Shown here one piece after another: positions 17,684 through 25,606 of a stretch of DNA of 64,000 bases. A program made the position numbers and the translations under genes. Positions within the stretch are counted from its first letter, which is position 1. Every line of letters begins with the position of its first letter. The notes beneath the pieces are model-generated. The model worked only from the letters and a program-made list of their open reading frames with translations, was not told the origin of the DNA and made no database searches. Source of the DNA: Candidatus Latescibacterota bacterium (GTDB taxonomy: Bacteria; Latescibacterota; UBA2968; UBA8231); NCBI GenBank assembly GCA_965215195.1, contig CBDCDC010000002.1, positions 3,296,001-3,360,000 of the forward strand. The letters run 5' to 3'.

Positions 17684-18565
17684 TTGAGCGCACTAACCAT
17701 ATTTCGCGGCGGGGCGATCGGCGACTTTGTCCTCACCCTGCCCGCCATTGATGCCGTGCGCCGGGCCTTTCCCGCCGCTCAATTGCGCCTCATCGGCCGC
17801 CCGGCCACCCTCGCGCTCGGCCCAGCGGCCTCCATCCTCGACAGCGAAGACCCGCGCCTGATTGCCTTGCACCGCACTGGACCGCTTCCCCCGGCCACGC
17901 GCCAGCTCTTCGCCACTACCCAGCGCGTGCTAGCCTATGCGGTGGATCAACACTTCGGTCCGCAACTGCGCCGAGCCGTAGCCGGCCCCCTGCTGCTGTG
18001 GGACCCACGCCCTCCAGCCGATTTCCGCGGCCACATCGTCGATCACTTGCTAAGCCCCTTGAGGCAATGGGGCTTGCCCGTCGGCAACCGCACTCCGCGC
18101 ATCGAGCTGGGGCCCGGCGACTACGGCTATGCAGACGCGCTCGCGTCCGCGTCCGAAGTCGTCATCCATCTAGGCAGCGGCTCGCCGGCCAAGTGCTGGC
18201 CCGCGGCGAAGTTCCACGCCCTCGCCCTCGCGCTGCAAAAAAGGGGCTGGCACACCGCGCTCCTGTGCGGCCCGGTCGAACGCGAACGCCAGCTCCCAGT
18301 CGGCACCCTACCCGTGCTCCACCCCCCAGACCTGCGCTCCCTCGCCGGCTTGCTCGCCAAGGCCGCGCTCTTCATTGGCAACGACTCCGGCCCCGGGCAC
18401 ATGGCCGCGGCCATCGGCACCCCGACCCTGACGCTGTTTGGCCCCACCGACCCCCGGCTGTGGGCACCGCGCGGCAAGTGCAGTCAAGTCCTGCAAGCAC
18501 CGGCCGCAGACATCGCTGCAATCCCCACTGCGGCCGCCATAGACGCTGCGCTAGCCCTCCTTTAG
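17684..18565 (+). CDS. GT9 glycosyltransferase (LPS heptosyltransferase family)
   Basis: GAIGDFVLTLP, IHLGSGSPAKCWP, FIGNDSGPGHMAAAIGTPTLTLFGPTDP. Confidence 0.9.
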   Translation: MSALTIFRGGAIGDFVLTLPAIDAVRRAFPAAQLRLIGRPATLALGPAASILDSEDPRLIALHRTGPLPPATRQLFATTQRVLAYAVDQHFGPQLRRAVAGPLLLWDPRPPADFRGHIVDHLLSPLRQWGLPVGNRTPRIELGPGDYGYADALASASEVVIHLGSGSPAKCWPAAKFHALALALQKRGWHTALLCGPVERERQLPVGTLPVLHPPDLRSLAGLLAKAALFIGNDSGPGHMAAAIGTPTLTLFGPTDPRLWAPRGKCSQVLQAPAADIAAIPTAAAIDAALALL

Positions 18566-18573
18566 AGTGCGCC

Positions 18574-19194
18574 ATGACTTCCTACGCCGACCAACGCCGC
18601 GCCATGGTGCGCGAGCAACTCCGCCACCGCGGCATTGGCGACCCGCACGTACTCGCCGCGTTCGCCCGCGTCCCAAGGCATTGCTACGTCCCGGAGGCCC
18701 TGCGCTCCCACGCGTATGCCGACCACCCGCTGGCCATCGGCTCAGACCAAACCATCTCGCAGCCGTACGTAGTGGCCTACATGCTCTCGGCACTCGGCCT
18801 ACAGGGCACAGAACGGGTCTTGGAGATTGGCACCGGCTCTGGATACCAAACCGCCCTGCTCGCCGAACTCGCCGGCCAAGTCTATAGCATTGAATGCTTC
18901 GCCGACCTCGCCGCACGGGCCCGTGGCGTACTCGCCGATGCGGGCTATAGCCACGTCGCCCTCCGCGTCGGCGATGGCCGCCTAGGCTGGCCCGAGGCCG
19001 CCCCTTTTGACGCCATCGCATGCTCGGCCGCACCCGCTACCATCCCGCCCGCCCTAACCGAACAACTAGCGCCCAACGGCCGCTTCATTCTCCCGCTAGG
19101 CACCCAACGCCAGCACTTGGTCTTGGTAGAGCGCAGCGCGACCGGCCTCAGCCAGCGCCAACTCCTACCCGTGCGCTTCGTGCCGATGCAATGA
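18574..19194 (+). CDS. pcm: Protein-L-isoaspartate O-methyltransferase
   Basis: MVREQL..RGI, VPRH, QTISQPYVVA, VLEIGTGSGYQTALLAEL, GDGRLGWPEAAPFD; start at ATG 18574. Confidence 0.93.
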   Translation: MTSYADQRRAMVREQLRHRGIGDPHVLAAFARVPRHCYVPEALRSHAYADHPLAIGSDQTISQPYVVAYMLSALGLQGTERVLEIGTGSGYQTALLAELAGQVYSIECFADLAARARGVLADAGYSHVALRVGDGRLGWPEAAPFDAIACSAAPATIPPALTEQLAPNGRFILPLGTQRQHLVLVERSATGLSQRQLLPVRFVPMQ

Positions 19195-19240
19195 GGAGAG
19201 AAATGTAGCGCAGAGTTGGCGCGTTCCCATGGTATAGGAT

Positions 19241-20431
19241 TCAATCACTGCCGCGCACTTGCTCGTAGAGCAACTCGGCCATAGCCCGCAGACCAATCGC
19301 TTCTACATCTGCTGATAGCGGGTAGCGGTCATCGCCCGAGTACACCACGAAGGCTCGTTGCGGCGCGACGTCCTCGCAGGCATTGTAGAACCCGCGGTCA
19401 ATGCTAGGCGTCAGCCCCAGTTTGACTTCAATGGCCCAAGGTGCGCGCTCGCTTGGCAACTCCAGTACCAAGTCGATCTCGGCCCCAGCTTGGGTGCGGT
19501 AGAAGTGCGCGACGGTTCCGGGTGGGGCCGCGACCAACAGGTTCTCGATGACAAACCCTTCCCAGCTAGCACCGGCAACGGGATGGCCAATGAGCGCATT
19601 GTAGCTAGCAAGGCCGAGTAGAGCGTGGACCAAACCGCTATCTCGGATGTAAATTTTGGGGGACTTCACGAGGCGCTTTTTAGTGTTGGCGTGGAATGGT
19701 CGCAGGCGGCGTACCAACAACAGATCAACCAGCAAATCGATGTAGCCGGCCACCGTTGGGCTGCTGACCATCAAGCTGGCGGCTAATTTCGATGCATTCA
19801 GCAGCGCACCTTGGCCATGCGCGAGCATGGTCCACAGCCGCTCCAGCGTCTCGGCCGGTATGCGCCGTCCGGTAAACTCGGATACGTCCCGTTCCAAGTA
19901 GGTGCGAATCAGGTTGCGGCGGAATATTAGGCTGTTGTCGCCGCTTGCCGCCAGAAGGCTGTCGGGAAATCCACCGCGCACCCACAGCTCGGTCGTGGAC
20001 GCGATCTCCGGCGACACGTCCAGCACGTCGAACGGGTGGAGCGGCACGTACTCGATCCGTCCCGCCAAACTCTCCCCCGACTGTCTGAGCAGCTCTACGG
20101 ACGCCGATCCGAGAATTAGGAAACGTCCCGTCCGCTTTCCGCGTCTCCGGCCTTGGTCGATCATGCCGCGGAGCTCGGTAAACAGCCCGGGCGCACGATG
20201 GATCTCGTCGAGAACAACCAAACTATCTTCGTACTCGGCGAGAAAAAGCCTCGCATCGGCGAGTTTCGCCCGATCGACACTCGATTCAAGATCTAGGTAC
20301 AGCGCGTCCGTACGCTCTGCGATCTCGTAAGCGAGCGTCGTCTTGCCAACCTGACGCGGCCCGATTAGGGCGACCGCTGCTTGTCGGTCCAAGGCGTTGG
20401 CAACGATTCTCTGGGTCCGGCGCGGAATCAT
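19241..20431 (-). CDS. AAA+ ATPase with DUF4143 C-terminal domain
   Basis: GPRQVGKTT, LDEIH, ILGSAS, ESLAGR, RGGFP, TYLERD, KSPKIYIRDSGL, FYRT..GAEIDLV, AIEVK. Confidence 0.9.
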   Translation of the reverse strand: MIPRRTQRIVANALDRQAAVALIGPRQVGKTTLAYEIAERTDALYLDLESSVDRAKLADARLFLAEYEDSLVVLDEIHRAPGLFTELRGMIDQGRRRGKRTGRFLILGSASVELLRQSGESLAGRIEYVPLHPFDVLDVSPEIASTTELWVRGGFPDSLLAASGDNSLIFRRNLIRTYLERDVSEFTGRRIPAETLERLWTMLAHGQGALLNASKLAASLMVSSPTVAGYIDLLVDLLLVRRLRPFHANTKKRLVKSPKIYIRDSGLVHALLGLASYNALIGHPVAGASWEGFVIENLLVAAPPGTVAHFYRTQAGAEIDLVLELPSERAPWAIEVKLGLTPSIDRGFYNACEDVAPQRAFVVYSGDDRYPLSADVEAIGLRAMAELLYEQVRGSD

Positions 20432-20584
20432 ACCTTGCAAACTTAAAGCGGCACTTTAAAAAAACAAGGATGTATGCACACAACGCCTCGGGCTGCAAGG
20501 ACGCGGGCAACGTCTGCGGTAAGCTGGCGGGGATTTTCGGTGGTCGGTTCGCGGTTGCGCGGATAAAAAAACCGAAAGCTCTAG

Positions 20585-21400
20585 CTAGGGAAGCCTCAAA
20601 AGAGCAACAACTGGTGCGGTGGCCGCGGCGAGACCGGCGTCCCCGGCTAGGGACGCTATGTTGAGCAACCGGCCGTTGTGGACCGCGCTCAACTGCATCA
20701 GCCGGCGAAATTCCATCAATTGGTCAATGGCCGATAACTGGCGCAGATCGCGCTCTAGATACGTCTGCACGTACCCGTCAAACCAGCGCGCCCGAAACCC
20801 CGCATCTTCGGCCAAGGCCGGCACTGGATAGCCGCCAGCCCATACGGCCTCCTCCAACGGCCTGTCAGGTGCTGGCACACTGGACGGCAACGCCCGTGCG
20901 ACTTGCTCTAGGGTCTCTTGCTCGAGGAGGAGATCCAGCGTCCGGCCGTAACCACGCTCCTCAATTTCGGCCCAAGTCAGCGGCGGCAGGGAAAAATAGA
21001 CCGCCCGACCCGCCAAGGTATCCGCCACCTGCTTCATCAACAGCAGATTGGCTGAACCCGTCAGCAAAAAGCGACCGGGCTGCCGGTGGCGATCGACATC
21101 GGCCTTTATGGCCAGCAGCAACTCGGGTTGTCGTTGGATTTCGTCGAGGGTAATGTGATCCCGGCCGATGAACAGAGCAGCCGGATCGCTCTGAGCCACA
21201 TCGCGCACGTCAAAGTCGTCGAGGGAAAGGAAAGTGCGTCCTTAGCCGAGGGGAGGCGATTGGACCAAGGTGGTCTTGCCGGTCTGACGGGCCCCGTGTA
21301 CCACGACGACCGGGTATTGCGTCAGGACTTGGGCCAGTACAGGGGTTTGCAGTCGCGGCCTGATTTTATGCAAATCGTTCACGCCTTGAACGATAATCAA
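20585..21400 (-). pseudogene. Second AAA-DUF4143 ATPase with internal stop and C-terminal truncation
   Basis: GARQTGKTT, then in-frame TAA (21242-21244), continuing LDEIQR, LLTGSA, TLAGR, GGYP, TYLERD; DUF4143 half is absent. Confidence 0.8.
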
Positions 21401-21464
21401 CCAAGACGAGATGCTCAATGCGCCCATCCAACCGCGCAGTAAACACCAACGCTAGCCAGCGTCT

Positions 21465-21749
21465 TCAAGTGGCTGGTGGAAGTAGTAACAAAGCCCGATT
21501 CATCACAATGTTCTTCGCTTCCGTACTACGCGACTCGTCAAAGAGACGAACCATAAAAGACGAATCCCATGTATACCAGTCTTCGCTATCAAGCCAGAAC
21601 TGGAACCCGTCCAAGTGGATGTCTTGCCCATCCGCTAGGCTCTCAAGTAAGGATTGGGGTATATCAGTTTTGAAAATCTTTGCCGTATAATGCAGACTGT
21701 AGTACAGTTCCTTCTTCAGAGAAAATTCCCGAGGGCGTTCTTCGACCAT
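21465..21749 (-). CDS. Hypothetical protein or gene fragment (possibly the C-terminus of a nucleotidyltransferase-family protein)
   Basis: 94-aa low-GC ORF abutting the ABC exporter; weak resemblance only. Confidence 0.35.
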   Translation of the reverse strand: MVEERPREFSLKKELYYSLHYTAKIFKTDIPQSLLESLADGQDIHLDGFQFWLDSEDWYTWDSSFMVRLFDESRSTEAKNIVMNRALLLLPPAT

Positions 21750-23582
21750 TTACCGATAGCGATCTGCCTGTACCTTGAACATCCGAGCATAGTGACCACC
21801 ACGGTTTATCAACTCATCGTGAGTACCCTCTTCCGCAATGGTACCACTCTTTAGCACGATTATCCGTCCTGCAGCTCTCACTGTAGAGAACCTATGTGAA
21901 ATGAAGATCTTCGTTTTTCCCGTTGCTAATTCAGAAAGTTTGTTGTAGACTTCGGCTTCAGCAAATGCGTCCAAGGCCGCAGTGGGCTCATCTAGGATTA
22001 AAAGATCGCTATCCCGCATGAACGCACGACTAAGGGCGATCTTTTGCCAGTCCCCCCCAGATAGGTCAGTGCCGTCCTCGAGAGTCCTGCCTAACATTGT
22101 CTCGAGTCCATTTGGTAGATTCTCAACTACGCTCTCCGCTCCTCCCTTGGCTATAGCCAATTTCACTCTCGTCTCATCTTGCAGTGCCTGTACCTGGCCA
22201 AAGCCGACGTTTTCTCGAACAGACAGTTCGTATCGAACGAAATCTTGGAAGACGACGCTAGTACGCTTCCACAGCTCCTTCTGCGAGTAGTTCACTATAT
22301 TCTTTCCGTCAAACAGGATCTCACCTTCCGTCGGATCATACAGCCTCACTAGCAACTTCACTAAAGTCGTCTTTCCTGCGCCGTTAGCACCCACCAATGC
22401 AATCGATTCTCCTGGGGATACTTTGAAAGACACGCCCCTGAGCACATCAGTGTCTGTCCCTGGATAGCGGAAGGACACCGCTCGGAACTCTATCCCGGTT
22501 CCGAGATTCTCCGGAAGTCTCAGTCCTTCGCCCTTCGCACTATGCGTCAGAGCCCCTTGAACGGCATCAGGCTCCATGTCGAGGAAATCCATGAGTAATC
22601 CTGCAAACAGGAGGTGCTCATAAAAAATACCCCCATTCTCAAACAGCGTCTTCATTCCGCTGCGAGACTGTTCGCTCGCCTGAAGGACAAGTGCGACATC
22701 TCCTACGCTCAACTGCCCTCGAATGCCCTGAATCGCTGCGTATCCCCAGATCACAACGGTTCCTAGGATCGACACACTGTCCCCGACTAGTCCGATACGC
22801 ACCTGCTTGAACCTAAGGCCTCTAGTCTCCTTGAGAAACCGCTGCCAATATGCCAAGAAGCGGCTCAGTAGCGTCTCGCGGAGACCAAGCAAGCGGATTT
22901 CCTTGGCAGCCTCTCTTGAACCAATCAGGTTGGATAGATAGGAGGCCATTCTTCGAGCGGGTGTGTGGGTTCCTACCAGCGAGAACCTTTTTCCTGCGAA
23001 GTATGCACTAATAATTACTTGGGGTAGAGCCGTAAGTATCACCAGCGGCACCGCCAAGGCATGTAACCGCACAAGTAGGGCACACACACCGAGGAGTGAT
23101 ATCATCGAGCCGAATAACTCGACCCAGAGGACCGCAAGGTTGTAAATGCGGTATCCGTCGCGGCGAGCTCTCTCCATCGTATCATGGAAGGAGGGGGTCT
23201 CGTAGAACGAGATATCCAACTGGCTTGCCTTCTTCAAGATCTCGTATTCTACCTTAATCCAGACTTGAAAACCCCAGATCTCTTTTACGCTGGAGAGCAT
23301 GGCTTGGCAAAGTGACCCGACAATCCACACAAGGAGGATTCCGCATAGTCCTACAGCGATCACTTGCCAGCTCTCCGAGAAGCTCTCTAAGCCCGCGCCA
23401 AATCCATCGACCACATCATCTATCAACACCTTGCTCAACCATATCTGTGTAGGGTAGACTAGGGCTTGAACGACAGTCAGTCCCATTGTGTAGAAAGTGA
23501 ACGTCTTGGTAGTTCTCCACACCAAGCCAAATACACGAGGATAGTACTTCAGTACACTGAGGAAGGCTCCTAGTCCCTCCAT
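21750..23582 (-). CDS. ABC exporter, fused permease + ATPase (peptide/RiPP exporter-like)
   Basis: TM domain with AAKEIRL, GANGAGKTT, VVFQDF, LSGGDWQKIALSRAF, ILDEPTAALD, ISHRFST. Confidence 0.9.
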   Translation of the reverse strand: MEGLGAFLSVLKYYPRVFGLVWRTTKTFTFYTMGLTVVQALVYPTQIWLSKVLIDDVVDGFGAGLESFSESWQVIAVGLCGILLVWIVGSLCQAMLSSVKEIWGFQVWIKVEYEILKKASQLDISFYETPSFHDTMERARRDGYRIYNLAVLWVELFGSMISLLGVCALLVRLHALAVPLVILTALPQVIISAYFAGKRFSLVGTHTPARRMASYLSNLIGSREAAKEIRLLGLRETLLSRFLAYWQRFLKETRGLRFKQVRIGLVGDSVSILGTVVIWGYAAIQGIRGQLSVGDVALVLQASEQSRSGMKTLFENGGIFYEHLLFAGLLMDFLDMEPDAVQGALTHSAKGEGLRLPENLGTGIEFRAVSFRYPGTDTDVLRGVSFKVSPGESIALVGANGAGKTTLVKLLVRLYDPTEGEILFDGKNIVNYSQKELWKRTSVVFQDFVRYELSVRENVGFGQVQALQDETRVKLAIAKGGAESVVENLPNGLETMLGRTLEDGTDLSGGDWQKIALSRAFMRDSDLLILDEPTAALDAFAEAEVYNKLSELATGKTKIFISHRFSTVRAAGRIIVLKSGTIAEEGTHDELINRGGHYARMFKVQADRYR

Positions 23583-23679
23583 TAGTCTCGTCACTGACAA
23601 AACTTGCCTCGCATATAACAGTATCCGATCTAACCTCAATCTTCGGGTTCTCTCATGCGCCAAGTGCTTCTTAGCGATC

Positions 23680-23885
23680 GTAAATCGGCGAGGCTCTCGA
23701 AGTCCTTAGCCAACCGCCGAAATCCACCCAACCACGCCCCGGGGCGTTCGACAATCCACCGTTTGGGCATCCCTTGGCATCCTAACGCTGATTTAGAGGC
23801 GATGTTGAGTCGTAATCCCAACATGGTCTCTACGAATTCAAGCGTGGTGCCGCGATAAGCCGCATCGCCCGAAAAGGGCCGCCCA
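23680..23885 (-). mobile_element. IS5-family transposase C-terminal remnant
   Basis: GDAAYRG...PKRWIVERPGAWLGGFRRLAKDFE matches the DxGY ... RWxVERxxAW..RRLxKD(F/Y)E signature; N-terminus missing. Confidence 0.75.
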
Positions 23886-23894
23886 CCCCATCCG

Positions 23895-24806
23895 CTAACC
23901 CCGCAAACTGCCCACCAGCGAGGCGAGGCGGTCGATGCCGCGCTCGTCGCAATAGGCGCGAAGCCCCTCCGCGATTTCGACGCCGGCATTCGGATTGACG
24001 AAATTGGCCGTGCCCACTTGAACGGCCGAAGCCCCCGCCACCATGAATTCGAGCGCGTCGCCGGCGGTGGCAATGCCGCCGATGCCCATGACGGGCACGT
24101 CAACCGCCTGCCCCACCTTCCACACCATGGCGAGGGCCACGGGCTTGATGGCCGGGCCGGATAAGCCGCCGGTAATCCCGCCCAAGACCGGCCGCCGCCG
24201 CTCCACGTCAATGGCCATGCCCACGAGCGTATTGATCAGGGAGACCGCATCCGCACCCGCATCCACTACGGCGCGGGCAATTTCGCCAATATCTGTGACA
24301 TTGGGCGTCAGCTTGGCGATGACCGGCCGCTCGGTGTGGCCGCGGACTGCGGCAATGGCTGCGGCCGCAGTCTGAGGTCGCGTGGCGAAATTGTCGCCCC
24401 CGGCCTCGACATTGGGACAGGATATATTGACCTCGAGCGCGGCAATGCCTTCCAACGCTTCGAGACTCGCTGCCATCTGCCCAAATTCCTCAACCGCAAA
24501 TCCGGCGATATTCACCACCACCTGCGCGTCCAAACCGGCCAACAAGGGCCATTGCTCCCCAACGAAAGCCGCCAGCCCGGGGTTTTGCAAGCCAATGGAA
24601 TTGAGCATGCCGGCCGGGGTCTCGACGATGCGCTGGGGAGGGTTGCCGCCGCGAGGCTGCGGGGTAATGGTCTTGGTGACCAGCCCACCCAAGCGCGCAA
24701 AATCGGTCAGCGGCAAAAGCTCCTGACCGTAGTTGCAGGTGCCCGAGGCCAGCAGCACTGGGTTGCGCAGCCGCATGCCGGCAAAGTCTATACTCAGGTC
24801 GGCCAT
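23895..24806 (-). CDS. pyrD: Dihydroorotate dehydrogenase family 1B, catalytic subunit
   Basis: NPVLLASGT, GMLNSIGLQNPG, EVNISCPN, KLTPNVTDI, INT, GGLSGPAIKP. Confidence 0.95.
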   Translation of the reverse strand: MADLSIDFAGMRLRNPVLLASGTCNYGQELLPLTDFARLGGLVTKTITPQPRGGNPPQRIVETPAGMLNSIGLQNPGLAAFVGEQWPLLAGLDAQVVVNIAGFAVEEFGQMAASLEALEGIAALEVNISCPNVEAGGDNFATRPQTAAAAIAAVRGHTERPVIAKLTPNVTDIGEIARAVVDAGADAVSLINTLVGMAIDVERRRPVLGGITGGLSGPAIKPVALAMVWKVGQAVDVPVMGIGGIATAGDALEFMVAGASAVQVGTANFVNPNAGVEIAEGLRAYCDERGIDRLASLVGSLRG

Positions 24807-25606
24807 GCGCCGCCCCATTTTATTTGCCGTGCGTCAAACGCCGGTCCATCCACGCAGACGCGGGCGTAGCGGCCGTAGTCTGTGTCGCCTTTGGCCGTCG
24901 CCAACTCAACGGCGCAGCCCACGCAGATGCCGATGCCGCACGCCATGTACTCTTCGAGGGAAACCTGACATGGAACTTGGGCCTCTAAGCAGATGGCGGC
25001 GACGGCCTGCATCATCCCGTGCGGACCGCAGCAATAGACCGCGCACGGCCCTTTTACAGCTAGCTCGTGCTGCAACAGATCGGTGACTAAGCCCGCGTGC
25101 CCAAGGCTGCCGTCGTCGGTGGCGCGGCGCACTAGGTCCGCGGCCGGCGCGAGCAATTCGCTGGGCAGGTGCTTGTCCGCAGTCCGCGCCCCAACCAGCA
25201 GCGCGGTCTGATATGCCCGCTGCCTCAGTTCCAATCCCCAGTACAGCAGCGGCGGTACGCCAATGCCGCCCCCGACCAAGGCGACGCGCGTATCCGCAGG
25301 CGGCAGTGCGAACCCCGTGCCCAGTGGGCCGAGGGTCGGCAGGATTGCGCCCGGCCCGAGTTGGCGCAGCGCTCGGGTCTTAGGCCCTACCTCTTCGTAC
25401 AATACCTCGATAATACCGGCCTCGAGATCTGCGCCGCTCACGCTCAGGGGGATGCGCAACAAGGGAGCGATCCCCGCGCCGACTTGGATGTTGACGAACT
25501 GACCCGGCTCGATCCGCGCTGCAATGTGGGGTGCGCTCAGACGCGCCAAATAGAAATCCGCGGCCACTTCGCGGTTGCTCAACAGGCGCGCTTGCTCGTC
25601 AATCAC
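24794..25606 (-). CDS. pyrK: Dihydroorotate dehydrogenase electron transfer subunit
   Basis: PGQFV, LRIPLS, GPLGTGF, GGGIGVPP, TDDGS, CGP, EEYMACGIGICVGC...VCVDGP; GTG start overlaps the upstream stop (GTGA). Confidence 0.92.
   Translation of the reverse strand: MIDEQARLLSNREVAADFYLARLSAPHIAARIEPGQFVNIQVGAGIAPLLRIPLSVSGADLEAGIIEVLYEEVGPKTRALRQLGPGAILPTLGPLGTGFALPPADTRVALVGGGIGVPPLLYWGLELRQRAYQTALLVGARTADKHLPSELLAPAADLVRRATDDGSLGHAGLVTDLLQHELAVKGPCAVYCCGPHGMMQAVAAICLEAQVPCQVSLEEYMACGIGICVGCAVELATAKGDTDYGRYARVCVDGPAFDARQIKWGGAWPT

Noticed and set aside
17998-18573. 398-aa long form of pcm
   Set aside because: The upstream part is an alternative frame of the GT9 gene; Pcm motifs begin at 18574.
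23636-24211. 191-aa ORF as an intact transposase
   Set aside because: The first half is an alternative frame of pyrD; only the last ~65 aa are IS5-like.
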